From: Arcobacteraceae bacterium
GTDB taxonomy: Bacteria; Campylobacterota; Campylobacteria; Campylobacterales; Arcobacteraceae
Length of the DNA stretch: 64,000 bases
Assembly (NCBI GenBank): GCA_048268245.1
Contig: JBLWVX010000003.1
Location: 55,551-119,550 of the forward strand
Direction: 5' to 3'
The position numbers and the translations under genes were made by a program. Position 1 is the stretch's first letter. Each line of letters opens with the position of its first letter. This document shows, one piece after another, positions 1 through 11,298 of this stretch. The notes beneath the pieces were generated by a model. That model saw only the letters and a program-made list of their open reading frames with translations, did no database searches and had not been told where the DNA came from.

Positions 1-801
1 GTTCAAGGGGATTTTATAAATATCATATCTGTTCTTCCAAAGGGAAAACCTGATAATAAAGGTAAATATTCAGATTTTGATGTTCAATATATAGCAAATA
101 ATATTAAAGTTTTAGGATTTATTAAAGATGGTGTAAATGAGTCTTCAAGTATTACAAAAGAAAAAATTAAAAAAGTAATAAAGAAAAAAGTTGTAGAAGA
201 AATAGTAAATATAAAAGCAAATGAAATGATACTTGATATAGATCCAAATGTTTTGATTTCACTTATTAAAGATTATAATAAAGGAAATCAATTATGGATG
301 GTAAAAACTAAAGAGTCTATTCAGATTAAACCACTTGATGAAATGACAAAAGAAGAAACAAAAGAGTTTAAAAAAGAAATAAAAGAACCTTTATCAAAAG
401 AAAATAAAAAAGTAAAAAAAGTATATAAGCCAAAGGTTTATAAGTACCAATGGTATAAATCAAAGGTTAATACTATTACTAAAAGTGCAGTAATTGATTA
501 TACAAATGATAAAGGTGATAGTAAAACTAAAAAAAGAAGTGTAGAAATAAAAGTTGATTCACAAAGGATATGTAACTCTATAAAAGATAAGTTTATTATA
601 GGAACATCTGCAAGGTTTTATATAAGAAATGAGCCAACAACTAGATCAAGTAAAAAAAGTATCTTAGAAAAAAATACAATTATTCCTTATGTTGAAAAAT
701 TAGACACTTGGTATAGGACTTGTGATGGACAGTTTGTAAGTTCAAAAGTTGCAAATGAGATTTCATATTCAAATGCAGTAAAAAAAGCAGGTAAAAGATG
801 A
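1..801 (+). CDS. cpaB: Flp/Tad pilus assembly protein CpaB/RcpC-like, 5'-truncated by the window edge
   Basis: Frame 1 is open from base 1 (VQGDFINIISVLPKGK..., resembling the CpaB GDxVDV motif) into the tracked ORF 226..801. Lies directly upstream of TadE-like and secretin genes. Confidence 0.65.
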   Translation, partial: VQGDFINIISVLPKGKPDNKGKYSDFDVQYIANNIKVLGFIKDGVNESSSITKEKIKKVIKKKVVEEIVNIKANEMILDIDPNVLISLIKDYNKGNQLWMVKTKESIQIKPLDEMTKEETKEFKKEIKEPLSKENKKVKKVYKPKVYKYQWYKSKVNTITKSAVIDYTNDKGDSKTKKRSVEIKVDSQRICNSIKDKFIIGTSARFYIRNEPTTRSSKKSILEKNTIIPYVEKLDTWYRTCDGQFVSSKVANEISYSNAVKKAGKR

Positions 802-1241
802 AAAATCAAACAGTAAAAAATAAACCTAATTTAAAAGATGCTGTAGTAGAGCAAATCATTTTATGGATTGTTATATTTATATCTTTTGTAAGTATTTTAT
901 TTTTTATTATTGATTATTCAAATGCACTAAAAGCTAGTGAAAATGCAGATTCAATTGCTAATTACACAGCAAGAATGGTAGCACTAAATGAATCGGAAAG
1001 TGATATTGCTGATGGTATTAATAGAATAAAAGGTGATTATGTACAAGCAGTTACAACAGCTGGTATTTCTTGTACAGAAGATACAACTGATGCAAGTAGA
1101 CAAGTAATAGTAAATGTATCTGGAACACTACCAAATAATATTATTCTAACAGGAAGTAATAATATAAACTCAAAAGCAGTAGTTTATAATGAAAGTAGTG
1201 AATATAAAAAAGAGTGTAGTATAGCACTTAGCTTTAACTAG
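798..1241 (+). CDS. TadE-like pseudopilin
   Basis: Short basic N-terminus, AVVEQ then a hydrophobic helix (IILWIVIFISFVSILFFII), then A-A-x-x-x-AR-like ANYTARMVA. 147 aa with a Cys pair. 4-bp overlap with cpaB. Confidence 0.7.
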   Translation: MKNQTVKNKPNLKDAVVEQIILWIVIFISFVSILFFIIDYSNALKASENADSIANYTARMVALNESESDIADGINRIKGDYVQAVTTAGISCTEDTTDASRQVIVNVSGTLPNNIILTGSNNINSKAVVYNESSEYKKECSIALSFN

Positions 1242-1250
1242 GAGAGAGTT

Positions 1251-2733
1251 ATGAAAGTAGTATTAAAAAGTTTATTTATTTTATGTATATTTTTAAGTAT
1301 AGGAAATACAAATGAGCTTATAAGTAAAAATTTACATGATAAAAACATATCCGTAAGCAAAGGTTCATTTAAAGTCTTTGAGTTTAAAAAGATGATTAAG
1401 AATATAAAAGTAAGTGATGAGTCTATGATAGATGTAGACTTTTTAGAAAATAGTGAAAAGCCTTTGCAGGCTATAAAAGTGTTTACTAAAAAACTTGGAA
1501 ATGGAAATATCCTAGTTACTTTCTATGACTCAAGTTCATTACATATAAATATAAATATCACTGAAAATTTAAATACTATAGTTGAAGTTGCAAATATAAT
1601 AAGTCCTAAGTTAAAAGTAAAACAAACTAATGGAAAAGTAATCTTAAGTGGAAGTGTAAAGAATCAAAAACAAAAAGATAAGATTTTAGACTTATTTAAA
1701 AAAGCAGGTGTGAATCTAGAGACTGATTTAGTTGATTTAGCTACACTTGAAAATCCAGATAAGATGGTAAGAATCAAGCTTTATGCAGTTGAAGTAAATA
1801 ATGATAAAGGGCTTACAATAAAGAATAATTGGTTTAGTTCAGGTAAGAACTATATTCAAAATATTAATGATGAAGGACTTTATTATAATACTCCTTTGGA
1901 TTATTCTGGAAGTACTCAAGAATATAGCGATGCAAATAATCAAAGAAATATTTTAGTACATGATGCAATTGATAATCTTATGAAAGATGCAGTATCTCTA
2001 ACAGGTGGATTAACTGGTGCTGCTAATGTATTAGGTAAATATTTTAATGTAGGAGTTACTTTAAACTACTTATCTTCAAAAGGTGTAGCTGAGGTTTTAG
2101 ATGAAACAACACTTTTAACATTAGAAAACCAAGAAGCAGATTTTTTAGCAGGTGGAACTTTAAATATAAGAACACAAACTACAACTTCTCAAGGTGTACC
2201 ATCAACTGAATTAAAAGAGATAAAGTATGGTTTACAACTTAATATAAAAGCTAAAAATATTGTAGATGATAAGTTTATAAAACTAAATATTGTTACAAAA
2301 TCAAGTAGTGCAGATTTTGCAAATACAGTAGATGGAATCCCAAATATTACAGAGAAATCAATCACTACAAATGTAGTAGTAGCAAATAAATCTACTATTG
2401 TTTTAGGTGGTTTAATAAATAGAAAAAATGCAAGTGATATAGAAAAAATACCATTACTTGGGGATATTCCAGTATTAGGGTTTCTATTTACAAGTAAAGC
2501 TTTTAAAGAAGGGAAAAGTGAGCTAGTGTTTTTTATTACACCTGAAATAGTTGATCCAAAAGCAAACAACCAACAGCAAGAGTTCTTACAAAAAACAACA
2601 TTTACAAAAGCCATAGATGAAAAATTTGAAAATGATAAAAAAGAAGTAGAGAAAGAAAAAAATAAAAGTTTTAATAAAAAAGAAGACTCACAAAGCTTAC
2701 ATGAGCAAAGAGTAAAAGAGATTTTAGGATATT

Positions 2734-2735
<2 letters not shown>
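1251..2735 (+). CDS. rcpA: Tad pilus secretin RcpA/CpaC
   Basis: Signal peptide, pilus N-domain (ISVSKGSFKVFEF), BON-like segment (KVILSGSV), secretin C-terminal motif IPLLGDIPVLGFLF...SELVFFITPEIV. SD GGAGAG upstream. Confidence 0.85.
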
Positions 2736-3884
<1,149 letters not shown>

Positions 3885-3909
3885 TTAAAATTTCGCAATT
3901 ATATCTAAA

Positions 3910-4392
3910 TTATGTTGATAGTTTTTCTTCTAGTTGTTTTTTTAAACTTTCATTCTCTTCTTTTAGAGTTTTGATTTTTAAAAGTAGTTCTTTTCTCTCA
4001 TTTGCAGGTTCAATTGCTTTAGATATTGATATAATAATATTTCTAATATCAATTGGTTTGATTATGTAAGAGGTGATTCCAAGTTCTATTGCTTGTTTTA
4101 AGTAGCTTATATCTTGATGGGCAGTTGTGATTAAAACAGGAACATCTTTATTGATTTTTTTTATTTCTTCAATCATTTCTAAGCCATCCATGTTAGGCAT
4201 GGAAAGGTCTGTAACTATAATATCAATTTCTTCTTGATTCTCTATGAACTTTTCTAAACCATCCTTCCCATCAACTGCAGGGATAATCTTGGCATTTACA
4301 AGTTCTAATGTTACTATAGTATTTTGCTGTATAGCATTATCATCTTCTACGTATAAAACTGTTATGTCTTTTAACATTTGTTCATTAATCAT
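3910..4392 (-). CDS. Single-domain response regulator (REC) with short coiled-coil tail
   Basis: VLYVEDD, phospho-acceptor TDLSMP, TTAH, IKP. No DNA-binding output domain. Confidence 0.9.
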   Translation of the reverse strand: MINEQMLKDITVLYVEDDNAIQQNTIVTLELVNAKIIPAVDGKDGLEKFIENQEEIDIIVTDLSMPNMDGLEMIEEIKKINKDVPVLITTAHQDISYLKQAIELGITSYIIKPIDIRNIIISISKAIEPANERKELLLKIKTLKEENESLKKQLEEKLST

Positions 4393-4516
4393 TATATTTA
4401 GGCCTCTTTTGATAACTTATAGTATCTATAGTTGGATAAAAAAGTTATTAAATCTTGCTTTTATTAATATTATTTAATTTTAGATATAATGATAAATATT
4501 TACACAAAGGTCATAA

Positions 4517-5917
4517 ATGAAATTACTTTTAGTTTTTATTCTAAGTATTAGTTTTTTATACTCAAAAGAGCTTAAATCAATCACACTAGAAGAAGCAATT
4601 CAAATAGCTTTAGAAAACAATAAAAGAAATAAAGTGTCTAAACTAGCTTTAGAAGTTGCAAATGCACAATATAACCAAGCATTAAGTGCAAACTATCCAA
4701 CTATAAATGCAATGTTGGTTGGTATTAGAAAAGATGAAAATCCTATTTATCAGCAAAGAGGTGAATTTACATTACCAGATGGATTAAAAAATTTGTTAGA
4801 AGGTTTAGCTAGTGCACAGGCAGGTCAGCAAGTAACTATTGACCCTACAATTCCAGCAAATATGAATACAACAAGTTACGGTAGAGATATAGTAAAAGGT
4901 TCAATTAATGTACAATACCCAGTTTATACAGGTGGAAAAATCTCAGCTATCATTGAGCAAGCTAAACTAAACAAACAAATTGCTTTTAATGCTATGAAAA
5001 GAGAAGAAGAGAGTGTTGTATTTGATACTAAGAAATACTTTTATGGATATGTATTAACAAATGAGTTACATAAAATTGCTAAAGACTCTTATGAGAGAAT
5101 GCAGTTTATTTCAGATTTGACTAAAAAGTTTTATGAAAGTGGTGAGTCTTTAACTGTTAAAAAAACTGATTATTTATCAGTTCAAGTTACAGTTACATTA
5201 ATAGAATCAATTGTTTCAAAACTTGAAGCAAACAAAAATCTTGTAAAATCAGCTTTAATTAACTCTATGGGTTTATCATGGGATAGTGATATAAATATCT
5301 CATATACAAATAGATTAGTTCCTCCAAATTACACTCTTGCAAAATTAGTTGAAAAAGCATACTCTTCAAATAAAGATATAAATGAAATAGATATAGCTTT
5401 AAAGGTTACAAAAGAGCAAATAAAAGAGAAAAAAGCCGGACATTATCCTACTTTAGCTTTTATGGGTGAAGTTTCAAGAACTTATAACTCATATGAGTAT
5501 GGTTTTTTAAATGAAGACCAAAGAAATAGATGGAATATAGGTTTTGCAGCAAACTTACCACTATTTGATGGGTTTAAAACTACAAGTGAAGTAGAAGAAA
5601 AAATTGCTGAAAAAAAGAAAATGTATCTAATAAGAGATATGTTAAAAGATGCAGTAGCTATGCAAGTTAAAAATGAGTTAACAAATGCACTGATTGGTTT
5701 TAAACAAATCAAAACACTTAAAAAAGCAAAAGAACTTGCTAAAGATAGTAGAGAATTAAATATAAGAGCTTATCAAATTGAAGCAGTTGAGCCAAAAGAT
5801 GTAGTTCAAGCTCAATATATTGAAGCTTATGTAAAAGCAGATTATTTAAAATATGTACATGATTATTTAATCTCATTAGCAAAAATTGATAAACTAGTTG
5901 GAAAAGAGTTAAAATAA
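4517..5917 (+). CDS. TolC-family outer-membrane channel
   Basis: Signal peptide, ITLEEAIQIALENN, two OEP repeats (YPTINA...; HYPTLAF...NLPLFDG). Confidence 0.9.
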   Translation: MKLLLVFILSISFLYSKELKSITLEEAIQIALENNKRNKVSKLALEVANAQYNQALSANYPTINAMLVGIRKDENPIYQQRGEFTLPDGLKNLLEGLASAQAGQQVTIDPTIPANMNTTSYGRDIVKGSINVQYPVYTGGKISAIIEQAKLNKQIAFNAMKREEESVVFDTKKYFYGYVLTNELHKIAKDSYERMQFISDLTKKFYESGESLTVKKTDYLSVQVTVTLIESIVSKLEANKNLVKSALINSMGLSWDSDINISYTNRLVPPNYTLAKLVEKAYSSNKDINEIDIALKVTKEQIKEKKAGHYPTLAFMGEVSRTYNSYEYGFLNEDQRNRWNIGFAANLPLFDGFKTTSEVEEKIAEKKKMYLIRDMLKDAVAMQVKNELTNALIGFKQIKTLKKAKELAKDSRELNIRAYQIEAVEPKDVVQAQYIEAYVKADYLKYVHDYLISLAKIDKLVGKELK

Positions 5918-5918
5918 T

Positions 5919-7556
5919 ATGGAAACAAATTACAGTAAAAATAAGCTATTTAAAAAAGTATATGTTCTTCTTTTTTTAGGAATCACATTGATTACTATTA
6001 TTTTTGCTGCAATTGGAGTGTCTTTACAGAAAAAAGCAGTTTTAGAACTTATGCAGTCAGAAGCTAAAAGTTTAGCTCAATCTATTACTTTTGTAATCTC
6101 TAAATCTTTGTTAATTGATGATGATTCATCAATTATTGATTTTAATAAACAATACATAAAAAAAGCAGATAAAGTTAAAAATATAATAATTTCAAAATCA
6201 AATGGAAAAGATTACTTTATAATTAGAAAAGAGTCTTGGGAACATAGACAAAATATTAGTGAAACCTTTACAAATATGCAAAAGAATATACCTACAAACT
6301 CTATGATTTATTCAGCATTTTTAAATGAAGAAGTTTTTCATTATGTATATCCTATGCAAATATCAGGAATTACATGGGGTTGGCTTCATATTAGTTTAGA
6401 TTTAAAGAAATATTATGAAAAGTTAGAACATCTTTATGCTCAATATTTAGTACTGTTTTTATCTTTTACATTTTTAGCTTTTGTAATTTCTTTTTATATA
6501 GCTAGAACTTTTGTTAGACCTATTGTAGAACTTAATAAAACAGTATCTCAAGTAAGCTCTGATAATTTAGATGTTATAAAAGTTGATAATGTTAGTAATG
6601 ATGAGGTAGGAGAGTTAACGAAAGCTTTTAACTCGATGATTTCACAGTTAAGTATCTCTCAAAAAAGTCTTAAAAAATACCAAGCAGATTTAGAAAAAAG
6701 AGTACAAGAAAGAACAGCTGATTTAGAAAAAGCAAACAAAAGTTTAAATGAAAAATCAGAACAACTAGAAGAGTTAAATAGAAACCTTGATACAAAAGTA
6801 AAAAAAGAGATTGAGAAAAGAAAAGAGCAAGAAGAAATGCTTTTACAGCAATCAAGACTTGCTGCAATGGGTGAAATGGTAGGAAATATTGCTCACCAAT
6901 GGAGACAACCTTTAAATGCTTTAGGAATTATTATTCAAAATATTGATTTATCTTATAAAATAGGTAAATTAAATGAAGAGTTTATGAAAAAATCAATTGA
7001 TGAGTCTTTAGATTTAACTACTATGATGTCAAAAACTATTGATGATTTTAGAAATTTCTTTATACCAAATAAGAAAAAAGAGAATTTTTTACTTCATGAG
7101 AGTTTAAATAGCTCATTAGAGTTAATTGGTTCTACATTTAAAAACTATAATATTAGTGTGAAAAGAGATATTGACAAAGGCTTAGAGGTTTTTGGTTTTC
7201 CAAATGAGTTTGCTCAAGCTTTACTAAATATTTTGTCAAATGCAAAAGATGCTTTAATCGAAAAAAGAGTTGCTAAACCTGAAGTTTGTGTGAAGCTAAA
7301 AAAATATGAAGACATAGGAAAAATATTTATAAGTGATAATGCTGGTGGAATAGATGATGAAGTAATGCTTAAAATATTTGAACCATATTTCACTACAAAA
7401 GAGCAAGGGAAAGGTACAGGAATTGGTCTTTATATGTCAAAAATGATTATTGAACAAAATATGAAAGGTAAAATTTATGCTAGAAATATAGATAATGGTG
7501 TAAGTTTTATAATTGAAATACCTTTAAAACAAAAAGATGAAGGAAAAACTATTTAA
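5919..7556 (+). CDS. Membrane sensor histidine kinase (2 TM, periplasmic sensor, HAMP)
   Basis: H-box IAHQWRQPL, NAKDA, DNAGGI, IFEPYFTTK, GTGIGL. HAMP segment DEVGELTKAFNSM. Confidence 0.93.
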   Translation: METNYSKNKLFKKVYVLLFLGITLITIIFAAIGVSLQKKAVLELMQSEAKSLAQSITFVISKSLLIDDDSSIIDFNKQYIKKADKVKNIIISKSNGKDYFIIRKESWEHRQNISETFTNMQKNIPTNSMIYSAFLNEEVFHYVYPMQISGITWGWLHISLDLKKYYEKLEHLYAQYLVLFLSFTFLAFVISFYIARTFVRPIVELNKTVSQVSSDNLDVIKVDNVSNDEVGELTKAFNSMISQLSISQKSLKKYQADLEKRVQERTADLEKANKSLNEKSEQLEELNRNLDTKVKKEIEKRKEQEEMLLQQSRLAAMGEMVGNIAHQWRQPLNALGIIIQNIDLSYKIGKLNEEFMKKSIDESLDLTTMMSKTIDDFRNFFIPNKKKENFLLHESLNSSLELIGSTFKNYNISVKRDIDKGLEVFGFPNEFAQALLNILSNAKDALIEKRVAKPEVCVKLKKYEDIGKIFISDNAGGIDDEVMLKIFEPYFTTKEQGKGTGIGLYMSKMIIEQNMKGKIYARNIDNGVSFIIEIPLKQKDEGKTI

Positions 7557-8520
7557 TTAGTTTTACTGTATCTTTTGTTTTAGTTCCTATAATTTTTAGT
7601 TGAAATTCAAATTGATCATAATCACCATTAATTTTTTTATATGTTGTACTTGGATTTGCTAAAAGTTCAACTTCTATGAATTTATTAATCAATAGATTAT
7701 CAGCTGTACTTCCACACTCAAATAGTGCCATGTGCATTCTCGCACCTGTTAAATCGTAAGAGTTTTCTAAATTTTTAAAAGATTGACTTATTTGTTTTGG
7801 GTCATTATTTTGTTCCTTTGTTAAAGAATCAACCATAGGAACACAAAAGTCATTATATATATCTGTATCTAAAACCGACTGATCATTTCTTATAAAACCA
7901 TCATCAGTATAAAAATATTTTATATCATTTTTAAAGTGTGACCAATTTGAATTCCCTGATGCGGTACAAGCATTTCCTAAATCAACTCCATAAAATTCAT
8001 CATAATCTGTATCTGTATATCCTCTATGACCACTTAAATTAAATGTTATTATATTGCCTTTAAATAAATGTGAATTATCACATCCATTTATTCCAAATGG
8101 TGATAAGTCTGATGTCTCTGTTAAGTCTGCTATTATTGCTACAGAGCTTGTACTTAAATCAAAGCTTGCTAAATCAAGGAATTTATACCAAAAAGTTTCA
8201 TGTGTGTAATTTGGAAGTGAAACTGTTACTGTATAAGGGTCAGATATAAAATCCCAAGTATATGTGATTTCATCTTTTATTTGTGCACCTAATGGAGTTT
8301 GAGCTAGTATATCATTTGCAATAGTTTCAGCATTAGTTGTATCCATATCAACATCAATATAGTACTTTGCAGCACTTAATGCAGCATTATCTGTTAAAGC
8401 TTTAAGCTTATAATATTTATTTCTAGCTTCAATATCATCTAGTATAGTCGCACCTATAATTATAAGGGTTGCAAAAAGAAAAATCCCTAACATAATTTGA
8501 TCAATAAATGCTTTTTTCAT
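7549..8520 (-). CDS. TadG-like (Tad domain) pilus assembly protein
   Basis: N-terminal TM followed by LKALTDNAALSAA, matching the Tad_N LQ-x-AADAAALAAA pattern. Own TGcTATAAT promoter and AAGGA SD. Confidence 0.7.
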   Translation of the reverse strand: MKKAFIDQIMLGIFLFATLIIIGATILDDIEARNKYYKLKALTDNAALSAAKYYIDVDMDTTNAETIANDILAQTPLGAQIKDEITYTWDFISDPYTVTVSLPNYTHETFWYKFLDLASFDLSTSSVAIIADLTETSDLSPFGINGCDNSHLFKGNIITFNLSGHRGYTDTDYDEFYGVDLGNACTASGNSNWSHFKNDIKYFYTDDGFIRNDQSVLDTDIYNDFCVPMVDSLTKEQNNDPKQISQSFKNLENSYDLTGARMHMALFECGSTADNLLINKFIEVELLANPSTTYKKINGDYDQFEFQLKIIGTKTKDTVKLIK

Positions 8521-8696
8521 GACTATCCTTTCTTTATATATTATAGCATATAATTATTGATTTTCTAAATATTCTAATCTATTTGATTTGTTATAAATAA
8601 CTTAAGTAAAGTCATAAAAACAGAATAAATAAGTATAAATAATTTTTAGTAAAGATGATGAGTTTTTATTAAAATCTACTATTAATTTAATTAAGA

Positions 8697-8711
8697 TATA
8701 ATATCAAAATG
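8697..8711 (+). promoter_or_regulatory. Sigma70 -10 box 6 nt before ATG; probable leaderless transcript
   Basis: TTAAGA-TATAAT(8697-8702)-ATCAAA-ATG(8709). No SD. Confidence 0.65.
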
Positions 8712-10142
8712 AAAAAGATATTGATAATTTTAGACGGTATTGTTGCTAAGAAATTGATGCATAGAATTGTTGAAGCTAACACAAATGAAAATGCATATGA
8801 TGTAATTTACATGAGTGATTTAATACTACCTGTTCAAAAGCCTTCAAACTTTACTTTTTATAAATTTGATCCAACTTCAAAATCTAAATTATCTATGGTT
8901 TTAGATAAAAATATTCATACAGAAGTTTTAATTGCACTTAATTCAAAAGATGAGATGATAAGTGTAATAAAAAACATTAAAGAACATAAACAAAATCTTC
9001 AAATGAATGTTCTTGACTATTGGGGTTTAGAAGTAGATGATCCTTATGTAAATATTTATAAAGGTATTGAAGTTTTAGCAAATGGAATGGTTGAAAGACT
9101 ACCGAATATTCCCATTGTTGCCCAAAATATTGGTCTTAAGCAAGGTGAAATAATGGAGATTCGAATTCCATTTGGTAGTTCTTATGCTTATAGATATATA
9201 GGTTCAATTGAGCAAAAAAAATGGAAAATTTTTGCTTTATATAGAAACCAACAACTTCTTACTATTAAACCCTCACTTGTACTAAAACCAAATGATGTGA
9301 TTTTAGTAGTTGGTAAACCTTATGTTTTAATGCAAGTATTCAATGCAATTGGTAAAAACCAAGGGCAATTCCCTATGCCGTTTGGACATAATATTTATTT
9401 ATATTTAGATTTATATTTACAAACAGAACAGAGTGTAAGAAAAGCTATTTTAGAAGCTAAATTTTTGAATCAAAGATTAAAAAATAGAAATTTAATAGTA
9501 AGAATCACAAGACCTACAACTGTTGGTATTATGAACTTCATCAAAGATGAATTAAGACATTTTCCTTCAATTACATTAAGAATTGATTATGGGAATATGG
9601 GAATCTTTAAAATACTAAGAGAAGATTTTAGAAAATATGATATAGGTATGATTATTTTAACTCAAGAGATGTTCAAAAATAAAGAAGCAATATCTAGTTT
9701 AATTGATTTTAAAGTACCTATTTTTAAACTAGGAAAAGAGAAGTTAAAATCTGTAAAAAGTACAGTAGTAGTTTTAAATGATACTCCATCTTATGAGCAA
9801 ATATCTCCTATGGTTTTTGATGTGGCAAGTCAAGTAAAAACAAAAACAAAAATTTTTGATTTAGACCCAGTTGGTGAAGAAGAAGATAAATCAAATCTTT
9901 TAGACCATTTTGAGAATCTTGCGAAAATTTTTAATGAAAAAGTTGAGATTATTTCAAGTAGTGAGAACCCAATAAGAAAACTAAAAAAACAAAAAAATAT
10001 GCTTCAAATTTTACCATTGAAAAAAGAGATGTTTAAAAAAAGGTTCTCTTTTAAGTATATTTATACAAATTCAGACTTTATATCGTTTGATATGAACCAA
10101 TATAATCAACTTCTAATTCCAGTTGTTGAAGAGCAAAATTAA
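8709..10142 (+). CDS. COG3400-type TrkA/RCK_C-domain protein
   Basis: Degenerate Rossmann-like N-terminus, RCK_C segment GEIMEIRIPFGS...IFALYRN...VLKPNDVILVVG. Confidence 0.7.
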   Translation: MKKILIILDGIVAKKLMHRIVEANTNENAYDVIYMSDLILPVQKPSNFTFYKFDPTSKSKLSMVLDKNIHTEVLIALNSKDEMISVIKNIKEHKQNLQMNVLDYWGLEVDDPYVNIYKGIEVLANGMVERLPNIPIVAQNIGLKQGEIMEIRIPFGSSYAYRYIGSIEQKKWKIFALYRNQQLLTIKPSLVLKPNDVILVVGKPYVLMQVFNAIGKNQGQFPMPFGHNIYLYLDLYLQTEQSVRKAILEAKFLNQRLKNRNLIVRITRPTTVGIMNFIKDELRHFPSITLRIDYGNMGIFKILREDFRKYDIGMIILTQEMFKNKEAISSLIDFKVPIFKLGKEKLKSVKSTVVVLNDTPSYEQISPMVFDVASQVKTKTKIFDLDPVGEEEDKSNLLDHFENLAKIFNEKVEIISSSENPIRKLKKQKNMLQILPLKKEMFKKRFSFKYIYTNSDFISFDMNQYNQLLIPVVEEQN

Positions 10143-10161
10143 ATTAAGGATAAGTTTTATA

Positions 10162-11298
10162 ATGAATTTTGAAAAATACCCTTTTGAAAGGTTAAATGAA
10201 CTATTAGCTGATGTAGTTCCAAATGAAGAATATGAATTATCAGCATTAACTATAGGTGAGCCAAAGTTTGAAACACCTGGATTTATTCAAGAGACTTTAA
10301 AAGAAACAACATCTTCTTTAAAAAAATATCCTGCAAGTGCAGGTTTACCTGAGTTAAAACAAGCAATGGCAAATTTTGTAAAAGAGAGATTTGATGTTGA
10401 TATTAAGCAAAGTGAAGTAATACCTACATTTGGTACAAGAGAAGCACTTTTTAATTTCCCACAATTTGCTCTTTTTGACAAAAAAAATCCAGTTATGGCG
10501 TTTACAAATCCTTTTTATCAGATTTATGAAGGAGCAGCAATTGCAAGTAGAGCTGAAGTTATTCATATAGATTTAACAAAAGAGAATAACTTTAAAGCCC
10601 AACTTAGTGATGAAGAGTTAAAAAGATGTGATTTAGTAATTTTAAATTTCCCAAATAATCCAACATCTGCTGAAATGACAAAAGAAGAGTTAGGGATATG
10701 GGTTAAAAAAGCTTTAGAGTTTGATTTTATTTTAATCAATGATGAGTGTTATTCTGAAATATATTTTGATGAAAAAGATAAACCAGCTTCACTTTTAGAA
10801 GCAAGTATTGCAGTTGGAAATACAAGTTTTAAAAATGTACTTGTAATGAACTCTATTTCAAAAAGAAGTTCAGCACCAGGTCTTAGATCAGGTTTTGTAG
10901 CAGGTGATGAAGAGATTTTAAAAGCTTATATGAAGTATAGAACTTATATAGGGTGTGCTTCTCCTATACCTTTACAAATAACTGCTGCAGTTGCTTGGAA
11001 TAATAAAGAGCATGTTGATGAGTTTAGAGCAGTGTACAAAGAAAACTTTGAACTTGCAAAAGAGATTTTAGGAATAAACCCTCCAAAAGCAACTTTTTAT
11101 ATTTGGCTTGAAGTAAAAGATGAATTAGAGTTTACAAAAGAGCTTTACAGACAAAAACATATAAAAGTTTTACCAGGAAGTTTCTTAGGAAGAAATGGTA
11201 TTGGTAAAGGATATGTAAGAATTGCATTAGTTGAAAATGCGCAAAAAACTAAAGAGGTATTAACAAGATTAAAGGATTTTATTGATGGACAAAAATGA
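10162..11298 (+). CDS. dapC: N-succinyldiaminopimelate aminotransferase (PLP class I/II)
   Basis: LTIGEP, NFPNNPT, NDECYSEI, NSISKRSSAPGLRSG. ATG at 10162 follows AAGGA. Confidence 0.85.
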   Translation: MNFEKYPFERLNELLADVVPNEEYELSALTIGEPKFETPGFIQETLKETTSSLKKYPASAGLPELKQAMANFVKERFDVDIKQSEVIPTFGTREALFNFPQFALFDKKNPVMAFTNPFYQIYEGAAIASRAEVIHIDLTKENNFKAQLSDEELKRCDLVILNFPNNPTSAEMTKEELGIWVKKALEFDFILINDECYSEIYFDEKDKPASLLEASIAVGNTSFKNVLVMNSISKRSSAPGLRSGFVAGDEEILKAYMKYRTYIGCASPIPLQITAAVAWNNKEHVDEFRAVYKENFELAKEILGINPPKATFYIWLEVKDELEFTKELYRQKHIKVLPGSFLGRNGIGKGYVRIALVENAQKTKEVLTRLKDFIDGQK

